The position numbers and the translations under genes are program-made. Of a stretch of 64,000 bases of DNA, positions 50,425 to 60,838 are shown one piece after another. The notes under the pieces are model-generated. The model was not told the origin of the DNA. It did no database searches and saw only the letters and a program-made list of their open reading frames with translations. Source of the DNA: Oligoflexales bacterium (lineage in GTDB: Bacteria > Myxococcota_A > UBA9042 > DTJE01); NCBI GenBank assembly GCA_012840965.1, contig DUVQ01000009.1, forward strand, positions 10,694-74,693, written 5' to 3'. Numbering within the stretch: position 1 is the first letter of the stretch; each line of letters begins with the position of its first letter.

Positions 50425-50561
50425 ATCCAAAATCCTTACTGGAATCTGACTCAAAGCCAAAACCGTTCAAAGCCAAAATCAAGAGCGTACCAAGCCTTAA
50501 CCATCAATTCAGGCAACGATTATTTTAGATTTGAAAGGAATATGGAGGGAGTCACATTTTT

Positions 50562-50975
50562 CTAGTAGCGACGATCACGGCCCCAGCCACCGCGGTCACG
50601 GTCGCCATAGCCGCGGTCACGGTCGCCATAGCCACGATCACGGTCGCCATAGCCACGATCACGGTCGCCGTAACGGTCACCGTAACCACCGCGATCACCG
50701 TAGCCACCACCACGGGGTCCACGCTCTTCACGCTCACGTGGGAAATCGACCTTAATAGTACGGCCATCGAGCATTGTGCCATCAAGAGCATTCTTCGCAT
50801 TTTGCGCAGCTTCGTCTGTTGTAAAAGTTACGAAGCCAAAACCTTTTGAGCGCCCAGTCGCTCTGTCAACAATGATCCGCACTTCCTCGATTTCGCCGAA
50901 CTCTTCGCACGCAGCTTTCAGGCTAGCCTCGGTTGTCCCCCACGCCAATCCACCAAAGAACAGCTTGTTACCCAT
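50562..50975 (-). CDS. RRM RNA-binding protein with GYGDRDR low-complexity tail
   Basis: RNP2 LFFGGL, RNP1 KGFGFVTF; 21-bp repeats encode the tail; AAGGAG RBS. Confidence 0.95.
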   Translation of the reverse strand: MGNKLFFGGLAWGTTEASLKAACEEFGEIEEVRIIVDRATGRSKGFGFVTFTTDEAAQNAKNALDGTMLDGRTIKVDFPREREERGPRGGGYGDRGGYGDRYGDRDRGYGDRDRGYGDRDRGYGDRDRGGWGRDRRY

Positions 50976-51203
50976 GGAAACCCACTCCTTAAGAAACACT
51001 TTTTCACGGGGAAGCCGCCTCCCCGTAGGCTGCCCGCACCTGCGGGCTTAGGAGACAAAGATCCACCCAACCCCAAAGACCCCAAAATTTCCTGAAAGCG
51101 TGGATACCACGGTGCACAAGACACAACGGTGACTAAGCGAACAAGAAGACACTGGGAGCAAAACACGGGTCAAGGCAGGACTACCACCTCCAATAACCTT
51201 GGC

Positions 51204-51232
51204 AGGATACACCTGTCGAAAACTCGGGTCAA
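51204..51232 (-). promoter_or_regulatory. Putative sigma-70 promoter of the RRM gene
   Basis: Minus strand: TTGACC, 17 bp, TATCCT. Confidence 0.5.
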
Positions 51233-51296
51233 GGGAATAATTTCAGTTATTTGAGTTATTTTTGGATGGCCATTTTCCCGAAAACTTTTCAAAAAA

Positions 51297-54200
51297 TCAT
51301 TGAAAAGACACAAGCGCAACAGAAAAGGCTTCTTGCTTGTAATAATTCGTGTCTGTTGAAGAATAAGCGTTGAAATTAAAGCCTGGGGTTTTCGAGCAAG
51401 TCAAATTAAGCCTCTTGGTTCCATCTGCTATTGGGGTATAGCCATGAAAAATCCTGGCAAAATCTGGAAGAGGTACTGACCTGACCTGACCTTGAGCCAT
51501 AATTACCCAAAAGGTATAGCCAGTGGGACCAGAAAGCAAAAGTTGTTGATAAGATGGCTGAATAGCACTTTCCAAAGTCCAGCTGATGCCGTTTTTAGCC
51601 CAAAATGAGTTTTCAACTGGCTCTACTATTTGGGGAAAACCCATAGCCTGAGGCAAGTAAGTGTAGTACCGACCGGCCACAAGCAGGCGCCCACCAAATT
51701 GGGCAGCGGCCATAAAATCGTTGTTTTCCTGTGAAACAGAAAGGTTAGAAAAAGAGTTACAGTCAAAAGCTACCAGTGCGCCTTCTCTACCGTACACCAA
51801 AACGTCGCACTCTCCCCTTCTAACAAGCCCTTTGTAATCGGCTGGCCAAGGGATCTGCCAAACCTCAAAATCATCACCTTTTTTGCGGATCAACTCGCCG
51901 GCCTTGCTAAGCGTCCAAAAATCATCAACGGCAACGGCATCCAAGGCGATTAATTCGCCTTCAACCGGGTATTCCACCTGAAGTGGCGTTCCAGATACGC
52001 CTGTGACAACGGCCCCATTGACACCGACTGCTACTATCGTGTTGTCAAAAAAGCGTTTCACTGCTCTGGTTTGGACGCCACCTGGCACCATTTCAAACCG
52101 AAAGTCCGAGTTTTCATATCGCAACAAATATGGGCCACCAGCTAGCGACATCGCTAGCTCACCATTATCGCCGACAACCCCTGAAATCCCATAAAAATCA
52201 ACAGCTACCCCTGATACAACCCGGGTTGCCACCCTACCATCGAAATGCCACACCCTTCCCATTTCCCCAACAACCCAGAAATCATCTTTGGAAACGCCCC
52301 AGATACCTCTGATTGGGGTACCGGTCCTCATACCCTGAACGATGATGTCATTTCCATCGTACAGATAGATTGCCCCGCCATCATCAGCCATCAGTATGCC
52401 TTCTGGGACTGTCGCCACGGCGCTGATGGCCCTGGGGATTGAGGTCTGTTCAAAAAGGACATCTGATCCCTCAATGATGGCCACCGGCAGGTTGGTTTCG
52501 GGTTTCAATCCAGTGGTCATGGTGACTGAATAAGGCATTCCATTCATGGAGCGTGTAGAAATGGACTGATAAATCGAATAACCCTCGCCAGCAATGGGAC
52601 CTGTAAATTCTTTGGGCTGCCAGGAAATCCTTATGCGGTCAGGCTCGACTCGCTGATAACCCTTCAAAAGGTCTAAAAAGCCATCAGCGCCCAAATTCCA
52701 GCCACCCAAAAGTCCTGGACCGTTTATTCCAAGTGGATGCTCGGGTAGTTCAGGTACGGCCAGCCATAGGTCTCGGTCGGTTTCTATGTTTAGCCGGACA
52801 TTTATTCCCTCAATAGGCGCTCCACTGCAGGTCACGCCTGGAACAACCCCCATCCTGACCATATAAGCGTTGCCAATTGGCGGTTTAACCATGGCAGCGC
52901 AGACTACCGAAAATTGGCCTCTACGAACATTTATCTTGAAATTTCCCTTTCGGTCGGGAAAGGCTCCTGGCCCAGGATCAGGATTTCCACCAAACATGGT
53001 AGAACCAGAGGTCCAACATTGCCCGTACATGTGCCCTTCGGCCCAAAAAGGTTTGATGAAGTACTTTTCGTAGTCAAGCACCCTGCCACTGACGGTACAA
53101 GCCGCTGAGGTGCCAGTGCCTGGTGGGTTGACTGGATTTTCGGGAGAGGCCAAGCCGCTGATGTACAGGGTGACGTTTCTGGCATCAAAACCAACGATCG
53201 AAGAAGCCGAATAACCTAAAGATGTTGCATGAACAGCAACTGGACCCGTCAAATCAGTTCCAGCAAAAGTGATCTGCCCCCTATCGTCAGTTAGCCCTTG
53301 ATACGGGGTATGGGGGTCGGCGCCCAAGATTACATACGCGTCAGGTAAGCCACGACCCGTCTGGCTGGACAAGACAGTGACATTAACGTCGCCTCGAATG
53401 GGCGGGCCCCAAGTTCCGGCGCCCCGTTGCGTTGGGTCAAAGTAACGAAAGGCCTTTTCCCTTGCGGCCTCACCATCACCTATGGTTGTTACTGTAACAG
53501 CTCCAGTCTCATCAGCCCTTGGTGCCGTTGCATATACTGAGGTCGCGGATTCCACCACGACCTTTGGTGAGGGAATGTCACCGAAAAACACTGAATCAAC
53601 GTCAGCTAAGCCGTACCCCATTATGCGAACAATGGTGCCACCTGCTATGGCGCCAGATTCAGGCTCAACGGCCAAGATCTGCATGTCAGGTGCTTGATAC
53701 TCAAAGCCATTTACCAGTGTGGTATCACCAACAACAACGCGCACAGATACATCGACCAAACCAGGGCTGCCAACTGGGGTGACTGCCTGGATCTCAGTTT
53801 CCGAGACCACAACCACTGATGTTGCAGGAATTCCCCCAAAGCGAACTGAAGTTCCAGGGGCAAAACCAGTTCCAACAATTGTCACCCTGGTACCACCTGC
53901 TGCAGGTCCCTTATCAGGAAACACAGACGCTACGGACACGCCTGGCAAAGATGGACGCACCACCTTTTCTTCAAACAAATAAGCATCTTCAAGTACTGTT
54001 TGACCGACATCAGTGATTGCCCTTAAGTTGACCAAACCAGGGTCATGAGGTGGGGTGATGGCAAAAGCGGTGCCGTCATCACCAAACCGCACTGAAACTG
54101 CTTGCCGGTCGCCAAGCATAAAAATCGGGCGCATCGCAAAGCCAGAACCTTTGATAACAATTGGAGAACCGCCAGTGGCAGACCCTGAACTAGGTTCGAC

Positions 54201-54767
54201 GCTGACCAAAGACAGTGGCTGTTCATAGGTGAAAGCGTCTTTGATGCTGCCAACTTCGCCATCGGGTCTTTTGGCAAAGACATCAACTAAGCCAGCTGGA
54301 GCAGGAGGAACGGTACAGTTTGCAAGCTGTGAATTCAGGACAAACACAAAAGGCGACTTATTTGCGCCAAACCATACCTCCATACCTTCGTAAAAGCCTG
54401 AACCATGAAGAGCTACCGTACCTGGTTTTACGCTGCTGCCACGGTCAGGATCGACTCGGTATATTTCAAATGGACCAACTGGTTCATCAATGTCATTCGG
54501 CGGTTCACTAATGTCGGAACTGTCCACATCTTGAGCATCAGGCTCAGCATCATTTGGATCCGGTGTAGAAAGATCAAAGACTTCAGTGTCCGACAAATCA
54601 CCTTCATCGGTGACATCAGGAATCGCAGCATCAAAGGCGTCGACGGTTGGAGCAATGGCATCAAAAGGCTCGCTTGCTGAAAAGTTATTTCCTTCACAGC
54701 CAGCAAACAAGAGAACAAAGCCAAGACATGCAAGCGAACAAACTACTTTAAAACCAAGGCATCTCAT
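51297..54767 (-). CDS. IPT/TIG-domain surface lipoprotein
   Basis: LFAGC lipobox; four units of P..G...GG..V.I.G.GF...V.FG; carboxypeptidase-regulatory-like segment; propeller-like C-terminal part. Confidence 0.87.
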   Translation of the reverse strand: MRCLGFKVVCSLACLGFVLLFAGCEGNNFSASEPFDAIAPTVDAFDAAIPDVTDEGDLSDTEVFDLSTPDPNDAEPDAQDVDSSDISEPPNDIDEPVGPFEIYRVDPDRGSSVKPGTVALHGSGFYEGMEVWFGANKSPFVFVLNSQLANCTVPPAPAGLVDVFAKRPDGEVGSIKDAFTYEQPLSLVSVEPSSGSATGGSPIVIKGSGFAMRPIFMLGDRQAVSVRFGDDGTAFAITPPHDPGLVNLRAITDVGQTVLEDAYLFEEKVVRPSLPGVSVASVFPDKGPAAGGTRVTIVGTGFAPGTSVRFGGIPATSVVVVSETEIQAVTPVGSPGLVDVSVRVVVGDTTLVNGFEYQAPDMQILAVEPESGAIAGGTIVRIMGYGLADVDSVFFGDIPSPKVVVESATSVYATAPRADETGAVTVTTIGDGEAAREKAFRYFDPTQRGAGTWGPPIRGDVNVTVLSSQTGRGLPDAYVILGADPHTPYQGLTDDRGQITFAGTDLTGPVAVHATSLGYSASSIVGFDARNVTLYISGLASPENPVNPPGTGTSAACTVSGRVLDYEKYFIKPFWAEGHMYGQCWTSGSTMFGGNPDPGPGAFPDRKGNFKINVRRGQFSVVCAAMVKPPIGNAYMVRMGVVPGVTCSGAPIEGINVRLNIETDRDLWLAVPELPEHPLGINGPGLLGGWNLGADGFLDLLKGYQRVEPDRIRISWQPKEFTGPIAGEGYSIYQSISTRSMNGMPYSVTMTTGLKPETNLPVAIIEGSDVLFEQTSIPRAISAVATVPEGILMADDGGAIYLYDGNDIIVQGMRTGTPIRGIWGVSKDDFWVVGEMGRVWHFDGRVATRVVSGVAVDFYGISGVVGDNGELAMSLAGGPYLLRYENSDFRFEMVPGGVQTRAVKRFFDNTIVAVGVNGAVVTGVSGTPLQVEYPVEGELIALDAVAVDDFWTLSKAGELIRKKGDDFEVWQIPWPADYKGLVRRGECDVLVYGREGALVAFDCNSFSNLSVSQENNDFMAAAQFGGRLLVAGRYYTYLPQAMGFPQIVEPVENSFWAKNGISWTLESAIQPSYQQLLLSGPTGYTFWVIMAQGQVRSVPLPDFARIFHGYTPIADGTKRLNLTCSKTPGFNFNAYSSTDTNYYKQEAFSVALVSFQ

Positions 54768-55075
54768 TTTGAAGCCAATCAAAGTCAAATCTCAGGCAAC
54801 AAAAATTACCAACGGTCAGGATATCCCAAACGTTTTCGTCAAGATCATATATCTTAACAGAATAAAATGCAGTTGCCCCAACATTATTGCAGTTTTTAGA
54901 AAGATTTAAGGCGCCAATCCAAGAGAATTGGACTCTAAAAGCAGGTCAAAGTGCGAAATATTTTTAAATCTTACACCAATAAACCTTGCCATTTCAGCAA
55001 CAAGTGCATAATATATCCGCGGTTCCAGGCAAGGTGCCCTTGGAACATTGCTATTTTCTTTATGGAGGAATACAG

Positions 55076-56308
55076 ATGAAAGCGTTTGCAAGGGTATTCG
55101 CCGTTGGCCTGATGACAGTTGCATTGGCCACATTTGTCGCCTGCGGTGACGACGACACCCCAACCCCTCAGCCAGACTCAGTTGAGACCCCTGACGATGG
55201 CGACACGGACACAACTGAGCCAGGCGACGATGTGAAGCCAGGCGAAGACGTTGATGCAAGGGAAGACACCGATCCAGGCGAAGAGCCTGAGCCCGACACC
55301 AAGGAAGACGCCGACACCGAGGACGACACCGACACCGACACTGAAGAGCCACCAGAGTGCGTCAAGGACTGTGAAGGCCGTACATGCGGACTCGACCCAG
55401 TTTGTGGGGAGAGCTGTGGCGAATGTGACACAGACGGTGGCGAAATTTGCGTCGAAATGATTGGCCAGTGCCTCGAAGCGAAAAACTGGGATACCGACAA
55501 GCCCACATCTTGGGGCCCAGCTGGTTTGGTTCAAACTCTCGACCTGCCTGACACAGGAACTTCCAAGGAAGTTTGCTTTGACTACACGGATGACGGCTCA
55601 GGAGACAACGGTTTGGCAACCGCCAAGGGCCTCATCGGCGATGCTCTCAAAGATGCCCATACATTCGGAATCATCTTTGAGTTTGAAGATGTAGCCAACT
55701 TCGAGAATTCCGGTGAGTTCAGACTGATTGGCCTGATGGGCGAGCCTGATGAAAGCGAAGGAGCTGAGCCAGGCGACTACCTGATTAACGAAGACTCCTA
55801 CATCAAGGAAGCCGCGGTACCGATGATTACTTTCCCCGGCTCCGAGGTTACAAACCGCGTGCTGACAACTCCTAAGGCTCGCTTTGTCCTGACCGTTCCG
55901 GTCAAGGATGATCTTGTGATTAGCGCCAGCTTGTCAGATGCCCAAATAAAGGGTGACGTTGTCGCATGTGATGATGATGACAAGTGTGCAGATGGTGTCG
56001 TAATTGAAAACGGCGTGCTGTCTGGTATCCTGACCAAACAAGATTTCCAGCGTGTGGCAGATGATCTGGTGGCTTGGTGCGATGCTCAGCCTGAGGACGA
56101 AAGAGACAGTATATGCGGTTACCTGAAGCCCGCAACCATCAACATGGTTCTTGGCTTGTTCGACTTGCACAAGAAAGATGATGGAACCTACGTGCCAAAG
56201 AACCCTGAAGAGGGCTTCCCAGCTAACGCTCTGTCTGCGTGCGTACAGTTCACCCTGAGCAAGATTGTCATCAAGGGCTTCATTCCTGAAGAGCCCGCAG
56301 CCGAATAA
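55076..56308 (+). CDS. Hypothetical acidic lipoprotein
   Basis: GGAGG RBS; FVAC lipobox; D/E/T-rich linker; Cys cluster. Confidence 0.8.
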   Translation: MKAFARVFAVGLMTVALATFVACGDDDTPTPQPDSVETPDDGDTDTTEPGDDVKPGEDVDAREDTDPGEEPEPDTKEDADTEDDTDTDTEEPPECVKDCEGRTCGLDPVCGESCGECDTDGGEICVEMIGQCLEAKNWDTDKPTSWGPAGLVQTLDLPDTGTSKEVCFDYTDDGSGDNGLATAKGLIGDALKDAHTFGIIFEFEDVANFENSGEFRLIGLMGEPDESEGAEPGDYLINEDSYIKEAAVPMITFPGSEVTNRVLTTPKARFVLTVPVKDDLVISASLSDAQIKGDVVACDDDDKCADGVVIENGVLSGILTKQDFQRVADDLVAWCDAQPEDERDSICGYLKPATINMVLGLFDLHKKDDGTYVPKNPEEGFPANALSACVQFTLSKIVIKGFIPEEPAAE

Positions 56309-56452
56309 TCTCACCTTTCCTTAATTGAATACCTAAAAATTCATTAATCCCCCATGGCTATTCCAGCCGACAGATTTGATCTAATCTTCAATTACGCCTT
56401 ACAATATGCGTGTTGACATTACGCAATGTGCACTTGCTAGTTGGAGGAAATC

Positions 56453-57172
56453 ATGAGATTAAGTTTTGTAGTAACAAGTGTTGTCGCCACAATGTTTTTG
56501 CTTGCCTGTGGGGGTAAGATTACTGAGTTCAAGCCCACTGAACAGGAAAAGGCGCACGCTGCCGCCCTGACAACTGATACACTAGAACTTAAGGAACTTA
56601 AGGTTAATCTTCAGGGAGAGGGAGCGCTTGGAGCGCTAAACAGCATTCAAGAGAGCGCCTTATATCTGACCAGTCAGCAGCAGCAGCGAAATGTCTCGCC
56701 AAATAATGTGCTCGGCCTTCTTTCCGGTGGCATGGAACTGCGATCATTCGGTGATTGCGCTTCGGTAAGCGGCTCCAGAGTCACGTACAACAATTGCGGC
56801 GACGAAAATAGTTCAATTAACGGCTACTTTGAGGTCGATGGAGATGTGGTCAAGATGGACATCACCATTCGCTCAAAGGGTTATGACGATATTGACTTGG
56901 TATACAAATATGAAGGGGCCGTTATCGTCAGCGACACGTTACTTGATGGAGCTTTAAGCATTAGTTTGAGTGGTGCCACCTTCTCTTACACTCTTGATGT
57001 TAGGTACAGTCAAATTGTGATCGCTTCAGACTGTGCTGTTGGTGGAAGCTTAAGACTTGAGGTGAACACCAAGGTTTCCGGCACGTCAATCTCGACTGGG
57101 GCCACCAGCGCAACTGTCATAGTTGATTTTGGACCCAATTGTGGTGCTATGACCATGAAGGGTGGAAAATAG
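56453..57172 (+). CDS. Hypothetical lipoprotein
   Basis: GGAGG RBS; LLACGG lipobox; beta-rich body. Confidence 0.78.
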   Translation: MRLSFVVTSVVATMFLLACGGKITEFKPTEQEKAHAAALTTDTLELKELKVNLQGEGALGALNSIQESALYLTSQQQQRNVSPNNVLGLLSGGMELRSFGDCASVSGSRVTYNNCGDENSSINGYFEVDGDVVKMDITIRSKGYDDIDLVYKYEGAVIVSDTLLDGALSISLSGATFSYTLDVRYSQIVIASDCAVGGSLRLEVNTKVSGTSISTGATSATVIVDFGPNCGAMTMKGGK

Positions 57173-57179
57173 GTACTGA

Positions 57180-57698
57180 TTAACCTAGCTTACGAGTCCG
57201 CCTCAGTTCTTCTTGCACTTTCTTGTACTGAACCTCAAAGGCTACGGTTCCCTCTTGCATGTTTCTGATGCGTTTTTTAACCTCAAGGTCCAAATCCTCG
57301 TCGGCGTTCAGATGGCGTCGTAAGATTGGGGACATCACGACAACAAGCTCGTTGTCCATGCCGTAAACCTCGTCAACGTGCCTGGAATGAAAAAGCATGT
57401 CAGTAATTTGCCTGATCAGATATTCAAGCATCTGGTCCCCGATACCAAACTCACGATCCCTTGCTACTTGAGCTTTCACTCTATTTGTTTCGTGATAATT
57501 CAAATGCTGAGTGGCAATGATATCGCGGGCTCTGTCAGAAATCTCCTTGTCCAACCTGATGTATTCCTTAAGGACAGACTCAATGTCCATCACCACCTCT
57601 TCAACCATGTCGTCAGCAACTTCTATTAATTCAGCATCGAGCAGAGCTTGCACGACGTCCTTGGCAATAGGAGAGACCTTACCGCTCAATAATTTCAT
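57180..57698 (-). CDS. DUF507 family protein
   Basis: MKL..K...IA start, EKE/DxxAR-like helical core, acidic/basic C-terminal helix; AGGAGG RBS. Family call from overall resemblance. Confidence 0.7.
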   Translation of the reverse strand: MKLLSGKVSPIAKDVVQALLDAELIEVADDMVEEVVMDIESVLKEYIRLDKEISDRARDIIATQHLNYHETNRVKAQVARDREFGIGDQMLEYLIRQITDMLFHSRHVDEVYGMDNELVVVMSPILRRHLNADEDLDLEVKKRIRNMQEGTVAFEVQYKKVQEELRRTRKLG

Positions 57699-57824
57699 TT
57701 AATCCTCCTAGGAACTGTCAAAAGGCAATCAGCCTGCCCAAAACGGCGCAGAAGTCTACCACGTAAACACCACAAGCCGCCATAAAAATTTAGGAATTTT
57801 TAGGCAGTTTCTTGAAGTAAATCA

Positions 57825-60353
57825 CTAAAAGTCAGCTAACTCTTCATCTATCGCCAACCAATCGTTTTCAGTGGCGTATTCAGTTGGCTCGGTACCAACC
57901 AGGTGTGGCATCGGAGTACCGCCACTGGAAGCAAGAAGACCTGTTTCAAGGTCAATGTTTACGATAACCACACCTTCTGGAACTTCTTCAAGATCGTCAA
58001 CAACAGGCAGGCCATCTGTAGCCACGGCCATGAAGTCCATCCAGGCGGGCAAGGCTGTATCAGCACCAAACACACGCCCCTTTTCCTTGGAGCGGCCAAG
58101 CCACCTTTCTCTAAGGTCCTGTCCAAGCCATGTAACAGTTGTCAGCTCGTGGGTTGAACCGATGAACCAAACATCAAACGGCAAGGTGCCAGTTTTGCCA
58201 TAGACAGGACGACTGAGCTTTTTGGCGGCCCTTCCAGTTCCACGCTCTGCCACGTTTCGTAGGTTGTGAGTGATAATAAAGGCAGTTTCTTCGGTCATCA
58301 CCCTCAAAGCATCTTCAGTCTGAGCGGCAGTTTCAAGTGAAATTGCGTCAAACAATGAGGTGGCGGCGTCTCTGGATGATCTGTTATCGACGACCAGCGT
58401 CCCTGTGGAATCTCGAATTTCCCTTATTAAAACAGGCTTTACAGCGATCCCTTCATTATGGAAAGTAGCAAAGGCAGTAAGCATTTCCATTGGACTTGCG
58501 TCTGCGCCTAATGCTTCCGGCGTGTAGCCGCCAAGAGTTTGGTTAAATCCAAGGCCACGTAACCAGTCATTAAGACCGCTAATTCCAATGGAATCCATGA
58601 CTGTTTTAAAAACTCGTAAAGAAATGCGGTTTTCCGACCTAGTCAAAGCCTCATACAGCGTCATATCCTTGGTGTCGTCTTTGTCGCCAGTCGGCGCCCA
58701 CTCACCTTCGCGGTAAGGAGTACCAGCCAGCACCGTGGAAGGAGCGACTCCCATGTCATAAGCCTTGGAATAGTAAAGAGGCTTGATAACACTGCCAGTC
58801 TGGCGGATAGATTCTGTTCTATTGACTTGGGAAATATCGAAGTCGCTGCCACCAACTAACGCGACAATGCGACCAGATTTCGGTTCCACAGATGCGATGG
58901 CTACTTGGGGACCGGGAAAGACTTCAAGTTGAAATTCTGGGCTTCCAGGTGCGACACCATTTGCAGCAGTCTTGGCACCACGTTTTTTGGATTTTGGCTT
59001 GGGCCGGTTGGGGTCAGCCAACCTGACTAGCAAAACATCGCCGGCGGTAACGGCATCAGCGGCAGACTTTAATTTGCCATCAAGGGAGGTTCTGGCCCTG
59101 TCCTTGTTCTTTTTTGGGAACTCTGTGTATTTGGTGGCCCATTTCATAAGCTCCAAGGGAATGAATCCTTTGATTTCAGGGGTTACCTGGATGTGCACAC
59201 CTCCAGAATCCACGCTGGAGGCCAATGCCAACACGGTGTCTTGCGGCGAAAGCTGTGAGACACCAGAAATCGCCAAAAAACTCTGGTTGCGCTGCAAAAA
59301 CTCATCCCATCTTGGCGCTTCTATATGGGCTATAGGACCTGAATACCCCTGCCGTTTAGCCAAACTTACAGCGGCATCCCTAGCGACTTCTTGGGCCACC
59401 AACTGTAATCCCAGATCAATTGTTGTAGTGGCTGTAAGGCCGCCTTCACCTGCCAAGACAGGGGCAGACGACGATTTTTTGGCAAGCGGAGCGATAGCCT
59501 GCATAGCTTTGGTGGCTGGGATGGGGGCCCTTTCCCTTAGGTTGTTTTTGGGACGTACCGCCTGAACCTTTTTGGCGAGTGCGGCGTTAAAATCCTCTTC
59601 ACTTAAGATTCCCTTCAGGTGCATCCGCCTAAGGACATGGTTTCGTCTTGATTCCACAACGTCAGGCTTAGAAACTGGGGTAACAGAGCCTGGAGACTGA
59701 GGCAAAACCGCAAGAGCTGCAGCCTCGGCCGCATCCAATTCATGAAGCTCCTTACCAAAATAGGCCCTGGAAGCAGCCTGGACCCCATACGAATTGTTAC
59801 CAAGAAAGAGCATGTTCAGATACAGGGTCAGAATTTGATCCTTAGTATAGATGTCTTCAATCCGCCTAGCCACGATTGCTTCACGCACCTTTCTGGCCAT
59901 CTTGCGTTCTGAAGACAGCAACAAAGTTCTAGCTGTCTGCTGGGTGATGGTGCTGGCCCCCTCCTTGACACGCCCACTCCTTATGTTTACGTAGGCGGCC
60001 CTTAAAATAGCCCTTAGGTCAGTCCCTGAATGGTTGAAAAACCTTTCGTCTTCCGAGGCTAAAAAGGCGTTTACCACCAAAGGAGGCATCTCCTCGACCG
60101 GAACCATATACCTACGCTGGGAATACACTTCAGACAGAATCTGGCCATGTGCCGCACGAACTTGGCTAACCGTTTCAAATCGAATGGCATCATATGGAGG
60201 AATCAGCGGCAAGTCCCGAGCCAGCCAAACATAGGCGCCCCCCAACAGAGACGCGACAACAAGCCCCCCAGCAATCATGCAAACAAAAACAAGGCGGATT
60301 ACCACAAGAGGCCAAGATCTGCCGCGAGGATTTGTAATTTCAAGCTTGGACAT
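57825..60353 (-). CDS. mrcA: Class A penicillin-binding protein 1A
   Basis: EDERFFNH, GASTITQQ, RKVRE, YLN (transglycosylase); GSVIKP, SEN, KTGT (transpeptidase). Confidence 0.93.
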   Translation of the reverse strand: MSKLEITNPRGRSWPLVVIRLVFVCMIAGGLVVASLLGGAYVWLARDLPLIPPYDAIRFETVSQVRAAHGQILSEVYSQRRYMVPVEEMPPLVVNAFLASEDERFFNHSGTDLRAILRAAYVNIRSGRVKEGASTITQQTARTLLLSSERKMARKVREAIVARRIEDIYTKDQILTLYLNMLFLGNNSYGVQAASRAYFGKELHELDAAEAAALAVLPQSPGSVTPVSKPDVVESRRNHVLRRMHLKGILSEEDFNAALAKKVQAVRPKNNLRERAPIPATKAMQAIAPLAKKSSSAPVLAGEGGLTATTTIDLGLQLVAQEVARDAAVSLAKRQGYSGPIAHIEAPRWDEFLQRNQSFLAISGVSQLSPQDTVLALASSVDSGGVHIQVTPEIKGFIPLELMKWATKYTEFPKKNKDRARTSLDGKLKSAADAVTAGDVLLVRLADPNRPKPKSKKRGAKTAANGVAPGSPEFQLEVFPGPQVAIASVEPKSGRIVALVGGSDFDISQVNRTESIRQTGSVIKPLYYSKAYDMGVAPSTVLAGTPYREGEWAPTGDKDDTKDMTLYEALTRSENRISLRVFKTVMDSIGISGLNDWLRGLGFNQTLGGYTPEALGADASPMEMLTAFATFHNEGIAVKPVLIREIRDSTGTLVVDNRSSRDAATSLFDAISLETAAQTEDALRVMTEETAFIITHNLRNVAERGTGRAAKKLSRPVYGKTGTLPFDVWFIGSTHELTTVTWLGQDLRERWLGRSKEKGRVFGADTALPAWMDFMAVATDGLPVVDDLEEVPEGVVIVNIDLETGLLASSGGTPMPHLVGTEPTEYATENDWLAIDEELADF

Positions 60354-60439
60354 CAACCCAGACTCTCAAAAACTTTTGCATTGTAATCTAAAAGAGGTGG
60401 TCAGCAAAATCATATCCTTGGATTTCGAACCATTTTTGG

Positions 60440-60469
60440 TTGACAACTTGATAAAACTTCATCTAAACT
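60440..60469 (+). promoter_or_regulatory. Putative tRNA promoter
   Basis: TTGACA, 18 bp, TAAACT. Confidence 0.5.
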
Positions 60470-60491
60470 GCTCCGGCTTTTGAAAACCGTT

Positions 60492-60567
60492 GGCGAAGTA
60501 GCTCAGACGGTAGAGCAGGCGGCTCATATCCGCCGAGTCGGGGGTTCAAGTCCCTCCTTCGCCACCA
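60492..60567 (+). tRNA. tRNA with CAT anticodon, probably elongator Met (Ile2 not excluded)
   Basis: Acceptor GGCGAAG/CTTCGCC, D arm GCTC..GAGC, anticodon arm GGCGG-CTCATAT-CCGCC, T loop TTCAAGT, encoded CCA. Paired G1-C72 argues against an initiator. Confidence 0.95.
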
Positions 60568-60838
60568 AAGTCTAAGATTTCTGTTTTTCTTTAGTCTGTC
60601 GTCGACTAATTTTTGATCAAATTACTGGTTGAGAGCATACGCCCAAAACAGCGATATAATTAAACAAAGACCATCGGAATCGTAGAAATTCAATTTTTAG
60701 ATGAAAAAAGCGTGAAAGCCCCTTTAGTTTTTTTTGCATTGCGGGCATAATCTTTCGGATTGTCGGATGACTGCGCCGAGTAGTTCTGGTTCAGTCCCAA
60801 CCGGCGCAGCCTGCCTTTGAGAGGTTTGGAGGTTACAG

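Noticed and set aside
60492-60720. tRNA as an integration site for an island
   Set aside because: No integrase and no duplicated tRNA 3' end seen in the window.
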